In this document: one piece after another, positions 1-7,900 of the stretch
Layout: the number at the start of each line of letters is the position of its first letter
How positions within the stretch are numbered: position 1 is the stretch's first letter
Origin: Myxococcota bacterium
Lineage (GTDB): Bacteria > Myxococcota_A > Polyangia > Polyangiales > Sandaracinaceae
Length of the DNA: 30,652 bases
Direction of reading: 5' to 3'
Assembly (NCBI GenBank): GCA_036149055.1
Contig: JAYZQJ010000068.1
Location: 1-30,652, forward strand
Notes under the pieces: model-generated
Database searches by the model: none
Seen by the model: only the letters and a program-made list of their open reading frames with translations
What the model was told of the DNA's origin: nothing
Program-made: the position numbers and the translations under genes

Positions 1-13
1 GCGCTGGTCCGGT

Positions 14-281
14 GCGGCCCGCCTCCATCCCGCCGCCTCCCCTCCACTTGGCGGCTTTGCGTCTTTGCGAGAGATAAATTGCAGCCGACGAGACCTCCTC
101 GACCAGCGACAGCGCGGCCAGCCTCCATCCCGCCGCCCAACCCTCTGCGTCTCTGCGACTCTGCGAGAGATCAAATGCAGCCAACGAGACCCGCCAAGGC
201 GCGGCCAGCCTCCACCCCGCCGCCTCCCCACCCCTTTGCGGCTTTGCGCCTTTGCGAGAGATAAGTTGCAGCCGACGAGAC
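14..281. repeat. Three degenerate tandem copies of a ~77-81 bp intergenic repeat (14-94, 114-190, 201-281)
   Basis: Each copy reads GCGGCC[C/A]GCCTCCA[T/C]CCCGCCGCC...(CT[T/C]TGCG-like 9-nt period x3)AGAGAT...TGCAGCC[G/A]ACGAGAC. The linkers between copies are 19 and 10 nt. The array lies 3' of the minus-strand gene that ends at 305. Confidence 0.9.
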
Positions 282-304
282 TGCCCCGATCGAGAAGGAG
301 GTCT

Positions 305-1546
305 TCAACCGGAGCAAGGGGGGACGTCGAAGGTGACGACCTCCTGGCACCAGCTGCGGGAGCCGGGGCCGCTGGTGAAGCACTGGGAGCCGTTCGCGGG
401 GCCCTCGAAGCGGCCGGTGAGCACCACCGTCTCGCCGCAGGCGTGCAGGGTCACGCGGTAGTCGACCGGGCGCCCGGAGATGCAGCTCTCGTAGTGTGAG
501 ACGTTGACGCGGTAGGTGCCGGCCGGGGCGCGGTCGCGCCAGTAGACGTGCTCGTTGTCGACGCCCATGTTGCTGCCGCAGGCGGCGTTGGCGTCGAGGT
601 CGAGGTGGCCGCCGCTCGAGGCGTCGCGGTTGCCGTAGTAGACCGTCTGGCCCCCGGGATCGGTCACGTAGAGATCGAGATCGGTGGGCTCGCTCATCCA
701 GAGCGTGACCTCGACCTGACCGGCGCCGACCGCGATGACCCGGAGGGGACGGGACACGGGCGCGCTCACCCTCCCCTGGCCGTCGACCGCGGCGATGCGC
801 ATCGTCACCGGGAACGACTGCCCGGACTGGAGCGACACGCCGTCCGGCATGATCGGCGACGCGATGGCGAAGTGCACCGTCGCGCCCTCGGAGCCGGCCG
901 CGCTGATCACGCCGAGCTCCGTCGGCACGGTGGCCGGCAGATGGAAGTGGCCGGGGTAGCCGACGAAGTCGACGAGGTAGGCCTGCACGTCGGTGCCGCC
1001 GGCTGCGTCCCGGGCCCGGACCAGCGCCCGGGAGGGGGTGCGCGAGAGCACGGTGAGCTCGCGGCCCGCGTCCTCGCCGGGATCGTGCGAGACGGTCGGG
1101 CCGCCGGGGCTCGGCGCGGTCATCGGCGCCGGCCGGAGCTCGGCGCCGGGCACGATCCAGGGGCTGTCCACCGTGCGCCCGGTGATGACCTGCCCCGGCT
1201 GGATGGTCGGGAGCAGCCGGCCGCTCGGGACCATGCTCTGGATACGTGTGTAGGGGCCGGGACGGTAGCGACGGGACATGTCGTCCCGGGGCGGCTCGTC
1301 GGGGGGCCGCGGCGGCGCGTCGGGCGCGTCGGGCGCGTCGGGATCGTCGGGATCGTCGACGACGGTGACGTCGTCGGGCGCGTCGCCGCCCCAGTGGGCG
1401 AAGCGGTCGGCCGCCCCGAACACGAGCCCGAGCGCGCCGATGGCGATGACGAGGCCGACGCAGCCGAGGCCACAGCCGGTCAGGAAGCGCGAGGTCGAGG
1501 ACGGGCCGTCGTCGCCCGGATCGCTGAGCCTGATTCGCCGTGCCAC
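305..1546 (-). CDS. Membrane-anchored protein with C-terminal YfaP/DUF2135-like domain (413 aa)
   Basis: N-terminal hydrophobic helix (GCVGLVIAIGALGLVFG) and a D/P-rich linker. The C-terminal VTLWMSEPTDLDLYVTDPGG...LDLDAN...NEHVYW...GTYRVNV pattern is typical of YfaP/DUF2135. TAAGCT lies 6 nt upstream of the GTG start. Confidence 0.75.
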   Translation of the reverse strand: MARRIRLSDPGDDGPSSTSRFLTGCGLGCVGLVIAIGALGLVFGAADRFAHWGGDAPDDVTVVDDPDDPDAPDAPDAPPRPPDEPPRDDMSRRYRPGPYTRIQSMVPSGRLLPTIQPGQVITGRTVDSPWIVPGAELRPAPMTAPSPGGPTVSHDPGEDAGRELTVLSRTPSRALVRARDAAGGTDVQAYLVDFVGYPGHFHLPATVPTELGVISAAGSEGATVHFAIASPIMPDGVSLQSGQSFPVTMRIAAVDGQGRVSAPVSRPLRVIAVGAGQVEVTLWMSEPTDLDLYVTDPGGQTVYYGNRDASSGGHLDLDANAACGSNMGVDNEHVYWRDRAPAGTYRVNVSHYESCISGRPVDYRVTLHACGETVVLTGRFEGPANGSQCFTSGPGSRSWCQEVVTFDVPPCSG

Positions 1547-1593
1547 GGCCGGAGCTTACCCGCCGGCGCGCCTCGCCGCGGTATGCTCTTCGC

Positions 1594-2439
1594 GTGCGGC
1601 GAGCCGTTCTGCTCTCGATCTCACTCCTCCTCGCCGGCTGCGCGCTCGACCGCTCGGGCCTGGCGCTCCCCGAGGCCGGGCCCGTCGGCGTGGACGCGGG
1701 CCGTCGGGACGGCGGGCGCGACGGGGAGCAGGACGCGTCGACCCGGGACGCGGGGACGAGCGACGATGACGCGGGCGGCCGGGACGCGGGGCCGCGTGAC
1801 TCCGGTCTACAGGACTCCGGGCTGCCCGACTCCGGCCTGCCCGACGCCGGGATCGGGTTCTGCCAGGAGGGCGCCCTCGCCGCCTGCGTGACCTGCGAGG
1901 GCACCACCGCCGATCGCTCGGCCGCCGCGCGCTCCGTGGACAGCGACGCCGGGTTCGGCGCCGGCCCGGTCGGGAGCGCCTGCGTGCTCGGCGCCGGGAC
2001 GCGCTTCGTCGTCGCCCACGGCGCGGGCTTCCCGAGCGTCGCCATGACCCTCGAGGCGTTCGTGCGCGCCGACGCGGTGCCGAGCTCGGGCCGGGCGGGG
2101 ATCGCCGATTGGGACGGGGTGTTCGGCGTCTTCGTCTTCCCGGGCGGTGATCTGCGCTGCACGGCGGGCGGGGCGACGCTGTGGGGGCGCGGCGCCATCG
2201 CCGCCGGTCGATGGACGCACGTGGCGTGCGTGGCCGACGGCGCCCGCGCGCGCCTCTTCGTCGACGGCGTGCAGGTCGACGAGTCCGCGATGGACCCGCT
2301 GCGCAGCTCGACCGCGCCGCTGCGGATCGGCGAGGACTCGCCGGGCGGCGGCGATCAGCTCGTCGGCGCGGTGGACGAGCTCCGGCTCTTCTCCTCCGCC
2401 CGCAGCGCGGCCCAGATCGCCGCGGCGGCCGCGCGATGA
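1594..2439 (+). CDS. LamG/concanavalin A-like domain lipoprotein (281 aa)
   Basis: Start moved to GTG 1594, which gives the signal peptide/lipobox VRRAVLLSISLLLAG-C with TATGCT 6 nt upstream. DAG/DSG linker, then LamG motifs MTLEAFVR, GRWTHVACVADG...LFVDG and GAVDELRLF. Confidence 0.85.
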   Translation: MRRAVLLSISLLLAGCALDRSGLALPEAGPVGVDAGRRDGGRDGEQDASTRDAGTSDDDAGGRDAGPRDSGLQDSGLPDSGLPDAGIGFCQEGALAACVTCEGTTADRSAAARSVDSDAGFGAGPVGSACVLGAGTRFVVAHGAGFPSVAMTLEAFVRADAVPSSGRAGIADWDGVFGVFVFPGGDLRCTAGGATLWGRGAIAAGRWTHVACVADGARARLFVDGVQVDESAMDPLRSSTAPLRIGEDSPGGGDQLVGAVDELRLFSSARSAAQIAAAAAR

Positions 2440-2969
2440 GCGGGGTGCTCGGCGTCTTCACGGGCGGCGCCTCCCGGCGCATGGGGCGCCCCAAGGCGCT
2501 GCTGACGCATCGAGGGCAGACGCTGGTGGAGCGCGCGGTCGCGCTCGGCCGCGAGGTGGGGCTCGAGGTGGTGCTGGTCGGGCGGCGCCCCGAGCTGTCG
2601 CATCTGCCCTGGCCCGCGATCGCCGACGACCCGCCGGGCGTGGGGCCGATCGGCGGGCTGCGGGCCCTCGTGCGTCACGCGGCGGGGCGGCCCGCGATCG
2701 CGCTCGCCTGCGACATGCCCTTCGTCGACGCGGCCGACCTGCGCGCGCTCCTGTCGGCCGAGGGCGTCGTCGCCGCGCCCCGCCGCGCCGGCCGCTGGGA
2801 GCCGCTGTGCGCGCGCTACGGACCGGAGGCGCTGGCGGTGCTCGACGCCCAGCTCGCCGCCGGGGAGCACGCGCTGTGGGCCCTGCTCGAGGCGGCCGGA
2901 GCGACCGAGGTGACGCTGCCCGCCGATCACCTGTCGGACTGGGACGCGCCCGAGGACATCGACGCGTAG
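2436..2969 (+). CDS. mobA: Molybdenum cofactor guanylyltransferase MobA-like (177 aa)
   Basis: Motifs GGASRRMGRPKALL, GPIGGL, ALACDMPFV and EPLCARY. The ATG overlaps the stop of the upstream gene (ATGA at 2436-2439). Confidence 0.85.
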   Translation: MSGVLGVFTGGASRRMGRPKALLTHRGQTLVERAVALGREVGLEVVLVGRRPELSHLPWPAIADDPPGVGPIGGLRALVRHAAGRPAIALACDMPFVDAADLRALLSAEGVVAAPRRAGRWEPLCARYGPEALAVLDAQLAAGEHALWALLEAAGATEVTLPADHLSDWDAPEDIDA

Positions 2970-3340
2970 GCGGCGCGGAGCTTGTCGTGTTTGCCGCGCG
3001 ACGCGTAGGCGTGCAGCGCGTAGCGCGCCACCGGAGAGAGGCTCGGCCACTCCGGCACCTCGCCGAGCGCGGCCGCGACCTCGGGCGACGGGCGGTCCCG
3101 GGGCGGATCCGACGGAGGCGTGATCGCCTCGGCCTCCGGGTGCGCGCCTTCGATGAGCTCGCGCACCCGCACCACGTCCACCTCGTCCTCGGCGCCGAGG
3201 CCCACGATCGCCTGCCGGGCGAGCAGGCTGAGGCCCTGCCAGCCGCGGAGGGAGAGCTTGCGGCCGGCGGCGTCGAGGGCGCGGCGGCCGGCCCAGGGCA
3301 CCAGGGTGAGATCGTCGTCCTCGAACGGCAGGCGTCGCAC
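2927..3340 (-). CDS. Nitrate reductase-associated protein family-like (Nitr_red_assoc/NarM-like), ~137 aa
   Basis: PFE...LTLVPWAGRRALDAAGRKLSLRGWQGLS...R and W..LSPVARYAL match the family pattern as I recall it. Start placed at GTG 3340 because TACCGT lies 6 nt upstream; the alternative start is ATG 3358. Confidence 0.65.
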   Translation of the reverse strand: MRRLPFEDDDLTLVPWAGRRALDAAGRKLSLRGWQGLSLLARQAIVGLGAEDEVDVVRVRELIEGAHPEAEAITPPSDPPRDRPSPEVAAALGEVPEWPSLSPVARYALHAYASRGKHDKLRAAYASMSSGASQSDR

Positions 3341-3378
3341 GCGCCCACGGTAGCGCATTCGAGTGCTACGTCTCTCGG

Positions 3379-4290
3379 GTGCTCGGTGAGGTCTGGCAGA
3401 CGCTGCGCGAGACGGTGCGCGCCTTCAACGCGCGCGGCGGGCGGGTGCTCGGCGCGGCGACCGCGTTCTACGCGATGCTGTCGGTCGCGCCGATGCTGCT
3501 CCTCGCGATCGCGGTCACCGGCATGGTCACCAGCGAGGCGTCGGCGCGCGCCGAGGTGGTGCGCGACGCGTCGATCTGGGTCGGGCCGCGCGGCGCGGAG
3601 CTGCTGCGGGAGCTCCTCGCGCGCCTCTCGGACGGCGGCCACGGCCCCTTCGCCAGCGTGCTCGGCGGGGTGCTCGTGCTCTACGCCTCGCACCGCCTCT
3701 TCGCCCAGATGCGCTACTCGCTGAACCACATCTGGGGCGTGCAGGAGGAGTCGGCGCGGGGGCTCTCGAAGAAGGCCCTGAAGCAGGCGCGCAAGCGGCT
3801 GAGCGCGCTGACCATGGTGCTGCTGGTGGTGATCTGCGTGGCGACCACCGTGCTGCTGAAGGCCGGGCTGCACGCCGCGTCCGACTGGCTCGCGCTCGAT
3901 CTGAGCGGGAGCTGGCGCGCGCTCGAGCTCGGCGTGTCCTTCCTCGTGCTCACCGCGCTCTGCGCCGCCTCGTTCAAGGTGCTGCCGGCGGTCGAGCTCG
4001 GCTGGCGGGACGTCGGCGTCGGCGCGCTGGTCACGTCGGTGCTCTTCAGCGCCGGGGCGGCCGCCATCGGCTGGTACCTCGGCACCAAGAGCACCGAGTC
4101 GACCTACGGCGCCGCCGGCTCGCTCGTCGCGGTGCTGCTGTGGTCGTACTACTCGGCCCAGGTCTTCTTCTTCGGCGCCGCCTTCACGCGGGTGTGGGCC
4201 GAGCGCCACGGCGCGGGGATCGAGCCGTCCGAGGGCGCGGTCTGGCTGGTGGCCGAGGCGCCGGAGCGCGCCCGCGATCAGCGCCCCTGA
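3379..4290 (+). CDS. yihY: YihY/virulence factor BrkB family membrane protein (303 aa)
   Basis: Motifs GAATAFYAMLSVAP, LNHIWGV and STYGAAGSLVAVLLWSYYSAQVFFFGAAFT, with multiple TM helices. Confidence 0.9.
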   Translation: MLGEVWQTLRETVRAFNARGGRVLGAATAFYAMLSVAPMLLLAIAVTGMVTSEASARAEVVRDASIWVGPRGAELLRELLARLSDGGHGPFASVLGGVLVLYASHRLFAQMRYSLNHIWGVQEESARGLSKKALKQARKRLSALTMVLLVVICVATTVLLKAGLHAASDWLALDLSGSWRALELGVSFLVLTALCAASFKVLPAVELGWRDVGVGALVTSVLFSAGAAAIGWYLGTKSTESTYGAAGSLVAVLLWSYYSAQVFFFGAAFTRVWAERHGAGIEPSEGAVWLVAEAPERARDQRP

Positions 4291-4610
4291 ACCGGGTACT
4301 TGGCCCGGTTCTTCGCCAGCTTGCGCACCATCGCCTCGCGCAGGTCGATGCCGGCGCGGTCGCAGAACATCAGCAGGCAGATGGCGACGTCGGCCGCCTC
4401 GTCCTGGAGGCGTGAGGCGTTGTCGGGATCGGCGCAGAACCGATCGGCGTCCGCGTTGTCCACCCACCGGAGCTCGGCGGCCAGCTCGCCGGCTTCGCTC
4501 ACCACCGCCATCGCGAGGTTCTTGGGATCGTGGAACCGCTCCCAGTCTCGCTCACGCACGAACGCCCGGATGTCCTCGAGCACCTCGTCCAGCCCTTCCA
4601 GGTCCAGCAT
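4278..4610 (-). CDS. MazG-like nucleotide pyrophosphohydrolase (dCTPase-like), ~110 aa
   Basis: FVRERDWERFHDPKNLAMAVVSEAGELAAELRW...DEAADV...KLAKNRAKYP. Start placed at ATG 4610 (or GTG 4613). Confidence 0.9.
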   Translation of the reverse strand: MLDLEGLDEVLEDIRAFVRERDWERFHDPKNLAMAVVSEAGELAAELRWVDNADADRFCADPDNASRLQDEAADVAICLLMFCDRAGIDLREAMVRKLAKNRAKYPVQGR

Positions 4611-4629
4611 CACCGTGCACGTTTGCCAC

Positions 4630-4670
4630 CGTGTCGCCTCATGCGCACGCGTGTCGCCAGAATGCCGCAC
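4630..4670. promoter_or_regulatory. Direct repeat (CGTGTCGCC..ATGC[C]GCAC x2, 20-bp period), candidate activator binding site
   Basis: CGTGTCGCC occurs at 4630-4638 and 4650-4658, about 80-115 bp upstream of the inferred sigma54 start site. Confidence 0.45.
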
Positions 4671-4720
4671 CGGATCCGCCGCACCCCGGTTCTGGGGACC
4701 CGAAATGGGCCTGCAACGGA

Positions 4721-4736
4721 TGGCACGAGGGCTGCA
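4721..4736 (+). promoter_or_regulatory. Sigma54 (-24/-12) promoter
   Basis: TGGCACGAGGGCTGCA against the consensus TGGCACG-N4-TTGCW, with exact GG-N10-GC spacing. It is intergenic and followed by an RBS and a short ORF. Confidence 0.7.
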
Positions 4737-4763
4737 CTACCTCAGGGCCTGATGGAGAACGCC

Positions 4764-4841
4764 ATGAAGACCCTGATTCGATTCTTCACCGCTCGCATGA
4801 GCTACCGCGCTCACATGATGCGCGCCGTCGCCACGGCGTGA
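4764..4841 (+). CDS. Putative 25-aa small protein MKTLIRFFTARMSYRAHMMRAVATA
   Basis: GGAG at 4754-4757 lies 6 nt before ATG 4764, directly downstream of the sigma54 box. An alternative in-frame ATG is at 4752 (29 aa). Confidence 0.5.
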   Translation: MKTLIRFFTARMSYRAHMMRAVATA

Positions 4842-4863
4842 AGGCCGCAGCTGCCCGAACCGA

Positions 4864-4894
4864 GGCGGAACGTCACGCTCGTGACGTCACCGCC
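4864..4894. terminator. Hairpin between convergent transcripts (no U-tract)
   Basis: GGCGG-A-ACGTCAC-GCTC-GTGACGT-CA-CCGCC forms a two-part stem between the small-ORF stop (4841) and the TPR gene stop (4908). Confidence 0.4.
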
Positions 4895-4907
4895 GCAGCC
4901 CGTGACC

Positions 4908-7900
4908 TCATGACTCGCCGATCGACTCGAGGAACTGCGCCGCCTCGCTGAGCGAGTCGTCTTCCAGCCGCGCGCGTCGCGCCCAGAGCACGGCCTTCTG
5001 CTGATCCCCCTGGCGGTGCGCGATCTGCGCCTGCCTCAAGAACGCCAGCGCCTTGCTCATCGGCCCCGGCGTCTTCTGCAGGGTGACCACCCGGAGCGCC
5101 TTCAGCGCCGTGTCGTCGTCGCCCAGCTCCATCGAGAGCTCGGCCAGCTCCGCCGCCACGTCGCCGTTGTTTTTGTCGGCGTCGAGCGCGACGCTGAGCC
5201 ACTCCTTCTGGGTCTCGGCGTCGCCGCTGATGCCGGCGATGCGGGCCATGCGCAGCTGCATCGCCGCGAGGTGCGGGCTGCGGCGGCGCTTGAAGCCGTT
5301 GATCGCCTCCTGGAGCAGCTCCACCGCCTCCTGGAGGCGGCTGCTGCCCATGTAGGCGTCGGCCAGCGCGATGGTGAGGTCGTGGTCGTCCGGCTGGATC
5401 GCGGCCGCCTGGGCGAGCGGCTCGAGCGCCGCCTCCGCCTCGCCGACCTCGTTCAGCAGCTCGCCCGCCCGCCGGAAGGCCTCGAAGCGAGCCTCGGCGT
5501 CTTCGGCCGCGTGCGCGTCCTGCAGGACCATCTCGGCCAGCTCCCGCTTGGCGCCGATCTCCTCGTAGAGGCTCTTGAGCGCCTCGCGCAGGGGCCCGGA
5601 GTCGGGCTGGTGGTGCAGGGCGTACTCGAGGCCCGGGCGGGCCTCGGCGGGCGCCCCGATCTTGCGGCACGCGTCGAGCAGACCGAGCCCGGCCTGGACC
5701 TGGGCCTCGCCCTCCTCGACCTCGAGCAGCCGCGCGTCGTGCCGGGCGACCTCACCCCAGCGCTCGGCGGCCTCGTCGACCGTGCGCAGCTGCCGGAGCG
5801 CGTCTCCGTCGCGGGGATCCCGCTCGACCCACTCGGCGAGCACGTCGCGGCCCTGCTCGGGGTTGCCGGCCTCGGTCAGCACGCCGGCGAGCCGGTGCGT
5901 GGCCGCGCGCTCGGCGTCGAGGTCGCCCGCGTGCGCCGCGTCCCGGCGCAGCTGGTCGAGCCCGGCCACGAGGTCCTGCGCGGTGTCCGCGGCCGAGATG
6001 GCGTAGGCCTCCTCGAGGTCGGTGACCGCGGGGGCCGCGTTGCCGAGGGCCAGCTCGAGGCGGGCCCGCAGCCGGAGCAGGTGCGCTCGCTCGGCCCCCG
6101 GCTCCTGGAAGCGCTCGAGCGCGGTGGCGACGTCCTCGGCGGCCGCGGAGTGGAGCCCGGCGGCCGCGAGATCGGCGACGAGCGCCTCGAGCAGCGCGAG
6201 GTCCTCGGGCGCCTTCTCGAGCGCGCCGCGCATCACCTCCGCCGCCTTGGACGGATTCTGGAGCTGCTCGCGGTAGATCTCCGCCGCCTCGCGGAAGCGG
6301 GGGAGCGCCTCCTCGGCCGTCTCGCGGTTCGCGGCGTCGTAGCGCACCGTCTCGGCGAGCTGATCCCACTCCTCGCGCTCGCGGTAGTACGCCTCGAGCT
6401 GGCCGCGCAGGGTCGCGTCGCCCGGGGCCGCCTTGAAGCCGAGGTCGAGCGCGCGGGCCACCCCGTACTCGTCGTCGAGCTCGCGGTAGAGGCCCATGAG
6501 CTCGTTCGCGAGCTTCGCGCCCTCCTCGCCGCTGGAGACGGCGAGGAGCCGCTCCATCAGCTCGGCCCGCTCGCGCGGGTCGGCGCCCTCGCCGTAGTGC
6601 GCGAGCAGGGCCTCGAGGAGGGGCGCGCTCTGGGCCGCCCAGTCGAGCCCGCCGCGGTAGAGCTCCACCGCGCCCGCCGGGTCGTGGGGCTCGAGCAGCT
6701 TGCCCATGCGGAGGCTCAGCTCGACGATGGTCTCGACGTCCTGACGGTCGCGGGCCCGGTCGAGCTGCCGGTGCAGGAGATCGACGAGCCGCTGGTCGTC
6801 GCCGGTCGCCTGGAAGATGTCGGCCAGGCGCTGCGCCGCCTCGACGTGATCCGGATCCTCGTCGAGCACGTTGGTGAGGATGACCACCGCCTCGTCCTGC
6901 GCCTGCTCCACGTCGAGGAGGAACTTCGCGTAAAACATGCGCAGCTCGTTGCGGTCGCCCGGATCGAGCAGGGCGTCGAGCGTGGTGGCCACGACCTCCT
7001 CGAGCCCGTCGCGATCCTGCAGCTTGGCGTAGACGCCGGCGAGCGGCTCCCAGAGCTCGCGGTTGCTCGGGTCGGAGCCGAGCAGCTCGCGGTAGGTGCT
7101 CGCCGCGAGCTGGAGGTCGCCGCCGTCCTGGCTCGCGAGGTCGGCCACCCGCATCCAGAGCCGGAAGGCCTCGTCGCCCTCGGCGACCTCGGCCGCCGCC
7201 CGCATGTGGGTGATGGCCGCGCCGACGTCGCCCGCCGCCGCGCGCCGGTCGGCGAGCGAGATGGGCACCCAGAGCGCGTCCCGCAGGCCGCCCTCGGACT
7301 CGCGCGCGATGTCGAGGCCGCGGGTGAGGAGCGCCTCGGCGCGGTCTCCCGCCTCCACCGCGTCCGCCCGCTCCACGCCCTCCCGGACGTGCTCGAGCGT
7401 GGCGTCCGGGCGCGCGGCGCGCCGCTCGAGGAAGTCGAGCACCATGGCCGGGTCGCCCGACGCGCGCGCCACCTCTTCGTAGAGCGCGAGGAGCGCGTCG
7501 TGCTCGGGCGCGTGCGCCGCGGCGGCCTGGAGGATGGCGCCGGCGCGCCCGTAGCGGGGCTCGCGCTCGAGGGCGCCGTTCAGGGTCTCGAGGCCGGCGT
7601 CGACCTCACCCCCGGCGAGCTGCACCTCGGCGATCCGGTAGAGCGCCTTGGTGCGCGCCTCGTTCGGGACCTGCGCGGCGTCGGCGTCGACGAGCTTGCG
7701 CAGGACGCGCACCTCCTCGGCGCCGTCCCCGCGGGCGTCGGCCACCCGGGCGAGGGACTGCCAGGCCTCGACCACGCGCTCGCCGAGCTTCTCGACGCGC
7801 TGGTAGAGCTCCGACGCCGCGTCGAGATCGCCGAGGTCCTCCTCGGTGACCCGGCCGAGCCGGAGCAGGATGCCGGCCGCGAACGGGCCGTCCTTCTTGC

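Noticed and set aside
14..281. Possible CRISPR array
   Set aside because: The repeats are about 80 bp and degenerate, the linkers are only 10-19 nt and unequal, and no cas genes are in the window.
1798..1851. 15-nt tandem repeat GACTCCGG.CT.C..
   Set aside because: It is an in-frame DSGL[Q/P] linker of the LamG lipoprotein, a common low-complexity linker rather than a separate element.
4764..4841. Attenuator leader peptide or RiPP precursor interpretation of the small ORF
   Set aside because: There is no co-oriented downstream operon to attenuate and no modifying enzymes nearby. It is kept only as a stand-alone small protein/sRNA candidate.
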